Below are positions 15,839 through 29,553 of a DNA stretch of 64,000 bases, in pieces. The DNA lies in assembly GCA_951406725.2 (NCBI GenBank), contig OX597825.1, forward strand, positions 2,232,001-2,296,000. The letters are read 5' to 3'. Source of the DNA: Octopus vulgaris (Eukaryota). The notes under the pieces are model-generated. The model searched no databases. It was not told the DNA's origin and saw nothing but the letters and a program-made list of their open reading frames with translations. How positions within the stretch are numbered: the stretch's first letter is position 1; every line of letters starts with the position of its first letter. Position numbers and translations under genes: made by a program.

Positions 15839-16309
15839 GATATGCACATACATACCCACAAACATATATAATTCTATAATCCGTAAGCGTATACATAGGC
15901 AATATGGCACATTAAGAATATTTTAACAGCAAAATGTGCCAAGGCAAAAATAATGTTCGTTAGGCTCCTCTTAGTGAAACATTCACACTTCAGCGTTTGA
16001 TGTGAATTCCAGTAAACCAACGAACGAACGAGAATAATGGATCAATATTAGCAGAGGAATCCAACTTACATATACGCACACACAGAAATACATACACACA
16101 TACACACACACAGGCTCATCTGTCTACAAATATCCAGGCATATATATATATATATATATATAAACACACACTCAAAAAGATGCACACACACACATACACG
16201 CGGGTGTGTGTGTGTGTGTAAGTATGAAGAGAAGCATCCTGGTCCTGCGCAAAGCTGTTTAAAATATCTTTCATCCTCAATTACTCTCTTTCCAATTTCT
16301 CGCATTGTT

Positions 16310-16342
<33 letters not shown>

Positions 16343-16829
16343 GCAAAATTGAGGAACAAATAAAACCATATCTAGAGCTTTCATAGTTAAATTATTTATT
16401 TGCGTATATAACATTGTGTCTGTCTCTCTATCTTTCTGTCTATCAATCTACCTATCTCTCTCTCTCCTTCTCTCTCACTCTCTCTCTCTATCTATCGATC
16501 TATCTATCTTTTTATTCAACTATAACTACTACTATTTGATTTGAATAACCTCAAATAAACTAATTTTTATCTTCTCATTGAATTAAAAATTTTATTACCT
16601 GATCTGAATGTTTTTATGTAAACTAATTCAACGGAGGTGCCCCAACATGGCCGCAGCTTTCGAGCTGAAACATTTTTAAGGATTTAAGGATTTAATTATT
16701 GACACAACAGAGGATACACAGAGTCTCACACTTAAATTTTGAAACTGGTTAATTAAATAAATACATTTTCCGATTAGTTTCCTTATATATATTTACTAAG
16801 AAGATTGTTTGCTATGGCGTGTCAGATAG

Positions 16830-16890
16830 TGCTCATCGGTTTCGCGCCTAAAATCTCTTTGTAGTAAAGGCGACTCGTCAAACTCGTTGG
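16830..16890 (-). ncRNA. Degenerate hammerhead-like motif within a probable PLE pLTR remnant
   Basis: Minus strand reads TTGACGA-GtCGCCT...AGGCGC-GAAAC-CG. The cleavage triplet and stem I are not intact. Confidence 0.35.
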
Positions 16891-17967
16891 CTGAAGGTAC
16901 TCTCTCACTCTCCATGAGAGAGTCCATGAAGTACCATGAGGCTTTCTCTCACTGTCCATAAAAAACAACCTTGTAAGTATTGCTGTTTTAAATTCTTAGA
17001 GTCTGCCTTTTCCGGAATTATGAATTACTGACTGATTATATACGTATATACGTATATATATGTATGTATTACATACATACATACGTACATACAAAGACAT
17101 ATTGTGTACATGAAGACTGCCTGTGCATCGGTCTATGATAATTGATAATTTAATATAATGTTAAAATATGACACGTTTAAAAATTAACAATTTAAGATGG
17201 AAAGCATTAAATAAGTTCAAACCATAAATAATCTGAGACTGTGTGACTGTCAAGAATAGTAAACCAACATGACAAACACGCTTCGTATCTTTTTTTTATG
17301 AATGCAGGTTTGTTCTGTCACCGCAGCCGTTCATTTTACTGGTGGATCTCCATTTTAACAATAGTTATTGTTCCGTAATGTAGGAGTGCAATTACAGTCC
17401 CGCTTCATTTTGACAAACCACAAGTAAAATACAGTATCTTGTCCGAGGGCAGAACAATTGTTAATAGTTTGTGTGCACATGTGTCTCATTGTGAGTTAGT
17501 GTAGGCTTTCCAGATTATTCTTGTGTACATATATAGACTAATGTATTTTCATAACCATGTACGAATATTTCGGCGAATATGGATATGCATATGTTTGGGT
17601 GTATACAATTCTATTGCGAATATAATTCAGTGTTGGTAATTCTCTGAAGGGGATAAACAATAATTCAAGTAAGAACTTGCTAGGAAACGAAATCTAGACA
17701 GTCCAAATAATTTTGTTTGTAATATAAAGCTCTCTGATTGTTCATAACGGGAACAATGAGTCTCTTATCTCGTTCTTTCAACGAGTCTCTTATCTCATAT
17801 TTCATTTGATGTTTATTTTTTAACCGTAACATAGTTTGCTCTGATCACATGATGCGATAGATAATGCAAGTTAAAGTTGGCAAGCCGTGCCTGTTTATAG
17901 CGGACGAATTTTTGAGTATTTACTATTTTTAGACATTGCACTAACACACTCACTCACTCACTCACAC

Positions 17968-18026
<59 letters not shown>

Positions 18027-18150
18027 ACACATACCCCCACCCACGAATCCACACAAACCCAAATGCATATACACACATATACATGCATGCACAGACTCAC
18101 ATACACGATCAAACACACATACACATATATACACATATATACATATATGG

Positions 18151-18445
18151 TACAAAGTGGTATGAAAAAGGTTCCCGGACTAGTTCTTAGCGCGCCAACA
18201 GGCTGCAGCACAAGGTTGCATGCTTAGTGAGAGCAGAGCAGGCAGTTACCTTCATGAGGCCGTGTGCCGAGTGACATGGTTGTGCTTACTTCGCTATGTG
18301 TGACGTTTGTGCCTTTGTGATCACGAGTATGGTGTACTCTGTTATTTGGTCATGGACAGGAAGTTGGAACAAAGATCCAACGACAAATTTTTGCGTTAAC
18401 CTCGGAAATTCTAGTACAGAGACATTGAGCATGCTTTGACAAGTT
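18151..18445 (+). mobile_element. Mariner (DD34D) 5' fragment: TIR plus transposase N-terminus
   Basis: TIR-like GTGGTATGAAAAAGGTTCCCGGACTA. ATG at 18352 gives MDRKLEQRSN/KFCVNLGNSSTETLSML*Q, a mariner HTH start with a frameshift and a stop. Confidence 0.75.
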
Positions 18446-18499
18446 AGAGACGACAGAATAAGGCAGTCGATCTAAGTCCGAAAGAGACGAGTTTCTGTT

Positions 18500-18762
18500 A
18501 GAAGTCCGCGAAACTTTATGTCTCATAGAGCCGAATGACACTGCTTTAAATAATGGTTTCAAATTCTGGCACAATGCCAGCAACTTTAGGTGGAGTGGGT
18601 AAATCGGTAACTTTAATGCCATCGTTCAATTGGAAATTCTTTTATCGACTCCGAAAGGAAACAAAGTCAGTCGCAGAGGAATTTGAAATACGAACATGAA
18701 GACCAACGAAATGCGGCCGGGGCAGTTTGCACTGCGTACCAACGGTTCTGCCAGATAAGCTT
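18500..18762 (-). mobile_element. SINE family B, degenerate
   Basis: TTTTATCGACTCCGAAAGGA...AAAGTC...GGAATTTGAA...AACGGTTCTGCCAG. Confidence 0.65.
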
Positions 18763-18805
18763 ACGCTATCGTAATTAACAACAACAACCACACAATAATG
18801 ATAAA

Positions 18806-18891
<86 letters not shown>

Positions 18892-18934
18892 TAATTATAA
18901 TAATGATGATGGTGATGATGATGATGATAGTAAT

Positions 18935-19600
18935 ATAACACACAAGTGCAACGAACTTCTGCAGAATGTGTGGAAGGAGGGTCGAAAGCGTGGCTCACAT
19001 TGTTAGTGTTTATGAAATTCTTGCGCAGAAAGAGTAGAAGCGTAGACACGACAACGAAGCCCCAAAGCTTCACTGTTTACTATACCGCAAGTATGGATAC
19101 GAGTTAAAGGTTATTCGGTACCAATGTACAACGGAAAAGATAATGGACGAAAAAGGGAAGCCGAAACTCATCTGGGACTTTGACCTCCAGACAGACAAGG
19201 TGTTAGGGCACCGAAGGCCAGATACAGTAATCTGAAGGTACAAACAAGGGTGTTTAATAATCGATGTGACAGTGCCAGGAGATCAACATATTAAGTAGAA
19301 AGAAAGAGAAAAGACTGAGAATTGAGATCGTCAAGATTTGACAGCTACGAGAGTCAAGCAAAGTTTGCCGCTATTTTCATCGGAGCTTTGGGTTCAATAC
19401 CACCGAACTTGAAGAAACATTTAGAAACTTTAGGATACAACAGTCAAGGTGTATTGCAACAATGGGCATTGCTTGGAACTGCACGCATATTGCGTGAAGT
19501 ACTGTCTGTCTGAGGTCCTTGTTGTAATTTGACAGACAGTACAAACCCCTCCGGCAGACACAATATCTTGAATATATTGGATATTGTGCGAGGTCTTAAA
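18935..19600 (+). mobile_element. R4/Dong-clade non-LTR retrotransposon 3' fragment (zinc knuckle + restriction-like endonuclease), decayed
   Basis: CRMCGRRVESVAHIVS...LAQKE*KRRHD...IWDFDLQTDKVLGHRRPD...CLIIDVTVPGD...IFIGALG...ALLGTARILREVL*. It is preceded by (TAA)n and ends in an AAC/AAT tail. Confidence 0.85.
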
Positions 19601-19629
19601 TAACAACAATAACAACAATAATAATATCA

Positions 19630-19794
19630 ATGAGTGGCTGAGTGTTAAGAAGCTTGCTTCCCAACCACATGGTTCCGGGTTCAGATCCACTGTGTGGCAC
19701 CTTGGGCAAGTTTCTTCTACTATAGCTTCGGGCCGACCAAAGACTTGTGAGTGGATTTGGTAGACGGAAACTGAATGAAGCTCGTTTTATGATT

Positions 19795-19846
<52 letters not shown>

Positions 19847-19960
19847 CATACATATATATATACATATAGATACATATATATATATACATATATATATACA
19901 TATATCTATACATATATGTATATATATATATACATACGCACACACACACGCACACATACA

Positions 19961-20043
<83 letters not shown>

Positions 20044-20232
20044 GTATATATTTGTGTGTATGTGTTTGCCCCATCGCTCGATAATCGATGTTGGGGTGTT
20101 TCGGGCTTCGTAACTTAGTGGTTCGGCAAAAGTGACTGATAGAGTAAGTACTAGGCGTACAAAGAATAAGTCCTGGGGTCGATTTATTCGAGTAAAGGTG
20201 GTGCTCCAGCATGGCCGCATTCAAATGACTGA
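19630..20232 (+). mobile_element. SINE family A with an expanded internal (TA)/(CA) microsatellite
   Basis: Head 19630-19790 and tail 20055-20232 match the 10022-10390 copy. About 260 bp of microsatellite lies between them. Confidence 0.88.
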
Positions 20233-20319
20233 AACAAGTAAAAGAATAAAAGAATATATAAATATATATTTATATGAATATACATACATACATACATACA
20301 TACCTACATACACACACAC

Positions 20320-20468
20320 AGGCAAGTGTTATGCTCTGAGTTCGCGTGTCGAACTAAGACAACTGCAGTCACATAAATGCTATAAAAAATTCCTAAGGAA
20401 ACATTGAAAGGGAAAATTATCGTTGCCGTGTGAGCGATTTTCGTAGAGGGAAACTGAAAGAAACCTCT

Positions 20469-20499
<31 letters not shown>

Positions 20500-20705
20500 C
20501 TTTGTTCTTGTGTTTCTGTCTCCGACCGTTTGAGAACCGGTGTTTGTCGGTTTACCCCTTAAATTAGGTATTCGGCAAAAAGAAAAAAAAGAAAAAAATC
20601 CCGGGAAAATGCGTGTCTTGGGTTGATTTCTTCGGCCAAAATTCTCCAAAGCGATGCCTCAGCATGGACGTAATCCATTCACGTGAACATGTAAAAGTGT
20701 GAAAG
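20320..20705 (+). mobile_element. Decayed SINE family A
   Basis: GTAGAGGGAAACTGAAAGAAACC, TTCGGCAAAA and CAGCATGG motifs in the expected order. Confidence 0.6.
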
Positions 20706-20708
20706 GCA

Positions 20709-20709
<1 letters not shown>

Positions 20710-20749
<40 letters not shown>

Positions 20750-20759
20750 CTCCACCACC

Positions 20760-20792
<33 letters not shown>

Positions 20793-20851
20793 TCTACTAC
20801 CTCCACCACCACTACTACTACTACTACACACTGCTGCTGCTGCTGCTGCTG

Positions 20852-20914
<63 letters not shown>

Positions 20915-20915
20915 T
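20710..20915. repeat. (ACT)n/(CCA)n/(CTG)n compound microsatellite
   Basis: Direct reading. A similar array lies at 61368-61670. Confidence 0.95.
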
Positions 20916-22259
20916 CCCCATTACTGTCACGTTTGAAGATGTTTCCTATTGTCTGCTTTCTCACGTAGCTTCAGTTCTTAGAGGTTATTAATCTTCTGAC
21001 TCACTGCACAGAATGCCAAAGAGAGGCTGTGAGAAGGGAGATTAGACGTGACATGGAACTAAATACCGCATTAAATGACCGACTATGAGGTCCCAATCAG
21101 GACAGCTGACCTATGTAGATAAAAATTATAACCCTTAACTTATCGATGTCAACGAAAAACTTGCTTGAAAGCAAATGCAGAGTAATCACAACTGGGCCCA
21201 GGTCAAACGTGGTGCGAGGACTTTAATTCCGAAATATAAGTTTAAGTGACGTTAACAGTTTTTGCGTATTTCTGAACGTGTAATACTTAGCTTCCACGCT
21301 GTACTTGTTACACAAGGGTCATTCCAAAAGTTTTAGATTTTAGAAGAATATCTTTCAATTGAAAATTCAATGTACGATTCTCTACCTTCCATACCATAGT
21401 GTATACTGTTGTTGAAGCTATTGAGTAGGAATTTTACATCATTTACTTGAACCGGATTGTATGTCCACAGAAAAGGCAGTCATACACACACATGTACACA
21501 TATATGCGAATGATCTTTGATGCACTATTAACAATGGTGAAGATAACGGCAATGCTGGTGGTGGTAACGATGAAAATGATGATGATGATGATGATAACAA
21601 AAAGGCAGTTGTGGAAGAGTAAGTTGACGGGTTTGGTAATGGTGGTGTTGACAATGTAGACGGACATAATACCAGCAGCAACAGTATGTTGGTGATAGTA
21701 CTGGATGTAGTATTTTGTGGTGGTGATAATTTAATGTTTAATGCGGTCGTTGCAGAAGTGGTGACATCTGCGATATCGTGTTGGAGGTGTCCTTGGTGGC
21801 GCTAGGGGTCGTCGTTGGTGTCGAAAGATGGTGATGCTGGTAAGAATGGTTTAAGGATTATTTCTCGTTACGATGATGATAATGATGATTATCATCATCA
21901 TCATCATCATCATAATAATAATCATGGTAATTTTGAGGAGAGGGAGTGGATTGGGTCGTATATTAGTCCTGGTGATTTTAGTCACGATGACAATGATGAT
22001 GACGATGATGATGGTGATGATAAGAGGGATGAAGAGTCGGTGGTGAAATAAAATGACGATAGAGATGAAAATGAATGAATATATGAATGAATTAATAATG
22101 AAAATGGTGATGATGATGATGATGACAGTGAGGAAAAGGTGGAGGAGGAAGAGGACGGAATGAGTCAAATTGAGAAAATCACGAGGATAATGGAACGAGG
22201 TTGCGGTGGTATAGAAGGTTGATGGATATATATATATATATGAAGTGCTGATCAGTGCT

Positions 22260-22440
22260 ACTGATGATGATGATGATGGTGATGTGGACGGCAATGATGT
22301 CGATGACAACAAAATCGACTATGATGACAACGATGATGATGATGTCGATGATGATGATGATGTCGATGATGATGATGATGATGATGTCGATGGTGATGAT
22401 GAGGATGATGATGATGATGTCGATGATGATGATGATGTCC

Positions 22441-22479
<39 letters not shown>

Positions 22480-22605
22480 CCGATGGTGATGATGATGATG
22501 ATGATAATAATGTGGACGGCAATGATGTCGATGACAACAACATCGACTATGATGACAACGATGATGATGATGTCGATGATGATGATGATGATAATGATGA
22601 TGGTG

Positions 22606-22636
<31 letters not shown>

Positions 22637-22665
22637 CAAGGGTGATGATTATAATGATGATGCTG
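22260..22665. repeat. (GAT)n array containing an internal higher-order duplication
   Basis: GTGGACGGCAATGATGTCGATGACAACAA-ATCGACTATGATGACAACG occurs at about 22284 and 22512. Confidence 0.9.
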
Positions 22666-22980
22666 ATATTACTAAAATGCCATTAGGAAAAGAAAAAAAA
22701 ATCATTCTGGTATAGATTTTATTATATGGTTATTCCGTTCTGATGTTATTAGTTTTTATTATAGTTTTTATATTGATGTTATTCAAATGCATATGAAAAT
22801 ATGTATATAATTCATTTTATTGGCAGCAACACCTGTTATGTGTTGCGAACTGATTCACTGATTCGCATGTGGCACCGGGCCAATTGCGGCCTGGCACATC
22901 TGCATAACCCATGCAAACCAGGAACACCGAAATGTAAAACCAGTGCCAAAGCTAGCGGTAGTGGGCAAATATATACATAC

Positions 22981-23118
<138 letters not shown>

Positions 23119-23244
23119 ACATATATATATATACATATATGCATACATACATACACACATACATGCACACACACGTATTCATATATATACATAAACATAA
23201 ATATACATACATATCTACATAGGCATATATATGTATGTATATAA

Positions 23245-23279
<35 letters not shown>

Positions 23280-24867
23280 CACACAGATATAAATACACAC
23301 ACACACATATATATATATATATATGTATATATGTACATATATATGTATTGTGAGTGAGTGTATATATAAGCATACACATGAGATGTCTTGAGTTATAATT
23401 CTAAATGGATACCGATGTATAGCGTCTGATTTATGTGTTTCTTTACATCAATATTCTCCTATGAGAGTTAACATTTTCATTAATTCTTCTTCGGCATAGT
23501 GGGGACTGTATAACAGCTGGAATTCCTCTCCTGAATTTTCGAGAAGTTTGCTTAAAAGTAAATTAAATTTCCAAAGATCGCTGCCTGTCTTTAAAGTACA
23601 TATTTTACAACCTGTGTTTACACAGACAGCAGTTTCTGAAATGTGGCTATTATTTCAAAACATCGGCAGAACAGCACACATTAATGGGAGAGGGAACGGC
23701 CAATTCGATAGACCACAGTTCTTTCTTTCTTTTTCTATCAAACCATATCTAGGGAGAAGTCGCTTTCTTTTTGCTCAAAATATCAAGGGAGGTAATTAAA
23801 AAACACTCGAGCTTCTTAGCGAATGATAGTAATGCTGTCGTGGTGATGCAGTTATAGATTTCGGATATTTCGTTTCCTTTGTTCTTCTTGGCCCTCAGCC
23901 CGCCTAGTCGTTCGAGTACAAGAGAAAATCTTCATGGTATTTGTCTCATCGCTCTGTGTTTTCGGGTCAAACTCAGTTGATGTCAACATTGACTGTCGAC
24001 CTTTTAGTGTTGATAAAATAATGCTTTAGTTTAAATTATTACAGTATCATATTAGATGCTTTGTGGCATTTGATCCATGTGTCTGCATTCTTAGTTCGTC
24101 GGTGTTATAATTAATTTATCGCGAAATTTAACATTACGACGTGATACGTTGGTAGCTGTTTGAAATTTCACTCGGTGGCCTTAAAAAACATAAAATACAA
24201 AATAAATGTATCAAGGGCGTTGCTCTACCGTAGATGATTGAAAGACTATATATGTTTCGTGTAGATCAGAACTTTTGTGCAACGCTAACATTATTTCTGG
24301 TTTCGTACAGAAAATTCCTAGATTCACAACGTTTGGTATTATTGTGTAACTCCATGTCAAATCTGATCGAACATATTTAGCCTCGAAGGTGTTCTAATGG
24401 TAACCATCTCACATACCTTTATTTGAATAGGTTCTTTTCGGGGCTACGTTATCTAGTATGATATTCCAGTTTTAAAACAGCTGGGTGAGAGTTAAGAGGT
24501 GCGGTCTCTGTATCTCAGAAAATCCTCCTTTTTGGTTTGATATTTCCAATATTGAAATGTCACCAAGGTGGTTAACAATGCCAAATATAGTCTCTAAATA
24601 TTATCTAATATTATCACATTCCGTGCCCCACAGTATATTCCTTCTATAATGGACGATTCCTGGAGCACAGATTTTTTAGCCTTTCAACCAATATTTTATT
24701 ACACTTGCCGAAAAAGATGCTGTGAATAGCCTCCAAGACCAAGTTGCAAGGCATCCAAATGAGAAAGAATGAGAGAGAGAGAGAGAAAAAGAGAGAGAAA
24801 GAAAGGGAGAGGGAGAAAGGGAGAGAGGGAGAAAGAAAGAAGAATTAAAGTATTTTTTTTATTTATT

Positions 24868-25070
24868 GAGTTGGGCCCCACCTGCAAGTTTATGTGCTGT
24901 TTATCTTGATGTGAGATCACCATGTAGCGCACATACGATTGTGATGCATTTGCCCGGTGTACCCTTATCAAACGGGTAGTCATAATGGGTATATAGGGCT
25001 TCGTATATTTGTATACCAATGTCACTTTGACGGCATGCACTGCTTTTTCACTCAATAATAATAATAATGA
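24868..25070 (+). mobile_element. Probable retroposon 3' end with a (TAA)n tail
   Basis: Complex sequence ending GTCACTTTGACGGCATGCACTGCTTTTTCACTC-(AAT)n. The family is not assigned. Confidence 0.45.
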
Positions 25071-25589
25071 TTTATTTGCCACAAGCGCTAAGGATGAGGG
25101 GGCAATTCAAAGACAGACATAAAGTGGTGGGGTTTACGCATAAAGAAATGATAGAAAAAGTAAGTATATACGGTATACACTGAAAAGGAAGGGACAAATG
25201 CATAGCATACTAAGGTTAAAAATCATGGCGGGGAGAATGATAGTGATATGGACCTCCTTCCTGATATAGGAAAGCTTCTAGGGACGATCGAGGAACCGCA
25301 CTGTTCGAGATTTCCTTGAAACCCCAAGAGCAAGTACCTTTACCAATTCCTTCTCGCCGACTCACTGGTTTACACTTGCCATTTTCGCAACTTTCACCCA
25401 CCTTCCAATAAACACACTCTAGGACAGCCCTTTCCCCACTGCCGCCTTCAATGTTTTGTCTCCTTAGGTTCAACCATCTGTTTCTATTCCCTTGCCTTTC
25501 TGCTGCTGTTGTTATTGTTCTTGTTGTTTTTGTCGACTCATGGTTTGTAGTGCTTTCGTTTGGACATTTCTTTCTGCCCTTCTGTTCTG

Positions 25590-25965
25590 GTTCTGTGGGC
25601 AGAAAAACGTAAGTGGCCCGTTGAAAAACAATCGTTGCACCTCGGCCATCTACGCTCCATGTCCACGCTTAGTTCTACTCCATTCGACAGGGAAATCAGG
25701 CCTGGGACTTTCTCTACTTGCTCTGGCTTCACGTGGAGAAGAACTTCCGAAGTTACCCTAACCAAAGTTTTCCTGCTTGATCTCTTAACATCCAGGAGAT
25801 TCTCCCCGCCGTCCGTACAAATACAGGCGAGAATCCACCATAGATCCAGGCCTGGTGCGACTCAACGTACCGTAATTTTTACCGCCCATCTTCCCATGTA
25901 CGTTGGGAAGAAGGCGATTTCCTCGGTGCGACGTGTGGTCACCGAACAAAATTTGTCTGCCCCTA
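25590..25965 (-). mobile_element. Decayed gag-like ORF1 of a non-LTR element with a CCHC-type zinc knuckle
   Basis: Minus frame: FFPTYMGRWAVKITVR*VAPGLDLWWILACI...GVELSVDMERRWPRCNDCFSTGHLR (Cx2Cx4H), with an internal stop. Confidence 0.5.
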
Positions 25966-26020
25966 GGTCATAAAAAGGACCTCCATTACCCCGTTTTGCC
26001 TCGCTATCTCAGTGTGGTCG

Positions 26021-26116
26021 AAGAAGAAGAAAAAGAAGAAGAAGAAGAAGAAGAAGAAGAAGAAGAAGAAGAAGAAGAAGAAGAAGAAGAAGAAGAAGAA
26101 GGAGAAGAAGAAGAAA
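26021..26116. repeat. (GAA)n microsatellite
   Basis: Direct reading. Confidence 0.98.
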
Positions 26117-26142
26117 TTTGCAAGGTCATGAGCTGTTTATCT

Positions 26143-26390
26143 TGTAGTAGTACCAATAATTGTCGGAGCCCTCGGAGCAGTGAGTAAAAATCTCGAGAAG
26201 TACATGGAACAAATAGGGGCTGAATAAGCGTGGAGCACTTGCAGAAAACAGCACTGCTTAGAACAGCTCGAATACTCCGGATGGTGCTCGAAATAATAAG
26301 GGGTGTTACCTTCGTTCACTGATAGTAAACAATTGACCAACTGGCATCGTAGTACATCTCCAGCGTTAGAAGCTGTGCAAAGAAAATTAA
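26143..26390 (+). mobile_element. R4/Dong-clade 3' terminal fragment (second family)
   Basis: VVVPIIVGALGAVSKNLEKYMEQIG...VEHLQKTALLRTARILRMVLE, then a short UTR and (TAA)n at 26400-26488. Confidence 0.8.
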
Positions 26391-26404
26391 TTAATTAATT
26401 ATTG

Positions 26405-26488
<84 letters not shown>

Positions 26489-26499
26489 TGGATAGATAC

Positions 26500-26658
26500 A
26501 CATTTTGCCACAAGGGCAGCAATTTTGATGGAAGGGATGACTCGATCACATCGACCCCAGTCTTCAACTGATTTTATCGACCCCGAAATGTTGAAAGGCA
26601 AAATTTGAACTCAGAACGTAGCGACAGACGAAATATTCCTAAGCATTTCGCCCAGCGA
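26500..26658 (-). mobile_element. SINE family B, partial
   Basis: TCGACCCCAGT...TTTTATCGACCCCGAAATGTTGAAAGGCAAA...TTTGAACTCAGAACG...AAGCATTTCGCCCAGCG. Confidence 0.85.
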
Positions 26659-26685
26659 ATAATAACAATAATAATAATAATAATA

Positions 26686-27200
26686 ACCATCAAAGCCAAT
26701 AAACCGGATATTGTTGTGAAAGACCAAAACAATAAAGTTTGCTTATTGATCAACATGAGCATCCTCTGTGATCATAATATCTCGGCGAAAGAGTTTGACA
26801 AGCTCAGAAAATATAAAGACCTGCTCATCGAAATTGAGAAAATGTGGAATCTCAAGGCGGCTACAATACCAGTGATCGTAGGAGCACTAGGAATGATCAA
26901 GAAAGGAACCGAAAATTATATGAGAATGATCCCTGGCTTACCCATCCCTGCAAGAAGTGCAAAAGATTGTCTTAACTGGTACATCATACGTATTGAGAAG
27001 AGCATTGTCGATGTGAGAACTATTACTACCCATGTATTTTAATTTAACTTAAAAAAAAAAAATGAACGAACTAGTGAGTTTAGTTTAATGGCCTACCAAT
27101 GTATACTATGAGTTTCTTTGCCCTAGGAGTCGGGAAGACACTCGGCAAGAAATGGAAGCAAATTTGAAAGAAGAAGAAAAAAAGATAACAATAATAATAA
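26686..27200 (+). mobile_element. R4/Dong-clade 3' fragment (third family): RLE endonuclease domain and 3' UTR
   Basis: TIKANKPDIVVKDQNNKVCLLINMSILCDHNISAKEFDKLRKYKDLLIEIEKMWNLKAATIPVIVGALGMIKKG, a PD..D-type RLE. (AAT)n flanks both sides. Confidence 0.88.
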
Positions 27201-28182
27201 TATTTTCCTTAAGTTTTGATTGATCTGCTGCCACAGGCAAGCAACCCGCTTTCTCCCTATATTTTCTCCCTGTTTCACTTCACCCCTTATATGCAACAAA
27301 GTTATCAAACAAAGATGGTATTGATATTTCACTTTGACTGCTTAAAGTAACAAATCTTGGTTGCCAACAATCCATAAATAAATAGATAATATATATTTTA
27401 AAAAAAACGTAAAAAAAAACAAACTTATTAAACACCAACGCAAACAACAATAACATGAAAACCGCCATCAAAACCCGAACTGACAGCTGAAAACTTATGT
27501 ATTTGGAGAAATAAATAGTTTCATTTACATAAGTCTGTTTATTGGTCGATTTAATATAGATGATGAAACTTGTGTATTTATTAGTTGGTAATTAAGTCTG
27601 GAAAAGTCTTTAGCAACACGTAGTTTGGACATAAACTTTAATTTTGAAAGTTTATTTATTCGCTTATTGAATATTTGTTATAATTTATTTGTATATTAAT
27701 TAAAATACTGTCCACATCATCGCCATATGTTATCGGTTTTCAACATTTATTGAAATAAATATTACTTGTTTGGTTTGTAGTAGAACATCACCATCATCAT
27801 CATCATCGCCATCATCATCATCATCATCATCGTCATCATCATCATCATCGTCGTCGTCGTCATCGTTATCGGTGATATCGCCGTCATCATCGTCGTGGTC
27901 GTCGTCGTTGTACTTCATCGATGCCGCAGCCATGCTAAGTACCGGCGTCGTTCTTGCCATTATTGCCGCCATCATCATCATCATCATCCACACCACAGTC
28001 ATTGTGATTCTATCTATCCATCTGTCTATCCATCTGTCTGTCTATACCATCAGCCTTCGTAGCAGCAGCAACGATATTTGTTGTAAGTGTCTGTATGTCT
28101 GTCTATCTGTGTTCAGCCCTGTGTGGATAATAAAGAAACATATCTGTCTGTCTGTCTGCCTGTCTGTCTATGTATCTATATA

Positions 28183-28217
<35 letters not shown>

Positions 28218-28228
28218 ATATATATATA

Positions 28229-28265
<37 letters not shown>

Positions 28266-28377
28266 GTCTGTCGAATGCCTGCCTGCCCGTCTGTCTGTCT
28301 ATCTATGTATGCATCTGTCTGTCTGTATGTATGTATGTCTGTCTATCTATCTGTATGTCCGTCTGTCTGTATGTCTC

Positions 28378-28450
<73 letters not shown>

Positions 28451-28486
28451 GCACAAACACAGACACGGACAACATATATACATTTT

Positions 28487-28520
<34 letters not shown>

Positions 28521-28617
28521 TGAGTGTGTGTAGACATTCATATATGTATGTACACACATTTAATCATAATCTATCCTCACAAAAGCATATAACTGCATAA
28601 ATGCATATCCCTTTATG

Positions 28618-28654
<37 letters not shown>

Positions 28655-29456
28655 GCATACACACACACTCGCGCGCACATATACATACACACGCATACTC
28701 ACAAAATTTATCAATATGGCTTTGCAATTTTAAGTTACATCCTATTTCTTTTATTTTTATTTTTACTGAAAAAAAAAATCAGGCAAAATGAATCCAAACC
28801 AAAACAAATACATATGTTTATCGATTTGTAAAACTGAAGATTTATCTAATAATCATTTATCTTACTGTTCGCTATCCATCATAATGCGAAAGGTAGGAAG
28901 CCTCGTGTTAATATGTGATCGCTTTCATTATGTTGTTCCTAATAATCCTGAAGTCCCTTACATGAAGGAAAGCATTGGCTGAATATTTCGTTTACCGCCA
29001 GAGGAATTGCTTAGTGATCCATTCACTGATGGGTTGTAGATAGAATGGCCGAAATTATTAAAATTATGACTAAGTTTGCATCTTAACTGATGTTATTTCA
29101 TCACTCGAAAGGTGTCCAGATTTGGAAATCACAACAGGCAGATGATATCTGTCATCGTGTGCGCCGAGAACAATAGTTATCTTTTTCTGCCATTATGGTT
29201 TCACTTGAAATAACCAGCTCAATTTATTCTAGATAAACGCCGTCACAAATGCGAGTGAAGAACGTTGCAATTGGAACAATTTTCTTGTAAATACAGAGGA
29301 ATACAGTGTGTTTACTACTTATATAAAGAACATTTGTTGCGTTTGAGGATGATTTGAAGAAATTTATTTCAAATTTCAAGGAATAATATCAACCATATAA
29401 TACTTCTGGGGAAGAGCGTGCAAAATATTATCATAGATGTACGTAAAAGAATGTGA

Positions 29457-29553
29457 ATGGCAAGTACAGATACAATAACGTTTACAAACAACGCTGCCGA
29501 CACCAGCAACAATACCATCAGCCTTCGTAGCAGCAGCAGCACCGATATTAGTT
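29457..29553 (+). CDS. Candidate first coding exon of an unidentified host gene (MASTDTITFTNNAADTSNNTISLRSSSSTDIS)
   Basis: ATG at 29457, consensus donor GTAAGT at 29554 and a possible upstream acceptor TACAG at 29297. I recognise no homology and found no downstream exon. Confidence 0.25.

Noticed and set aside
27770-28600. Longest ORF in the track (276 aa)
   Set aside because: It is made of (CAT)n, (TCTG)n, (TCTA)n and (TG)n repeats with no domain. Only the duplicated donor segment is of interest.
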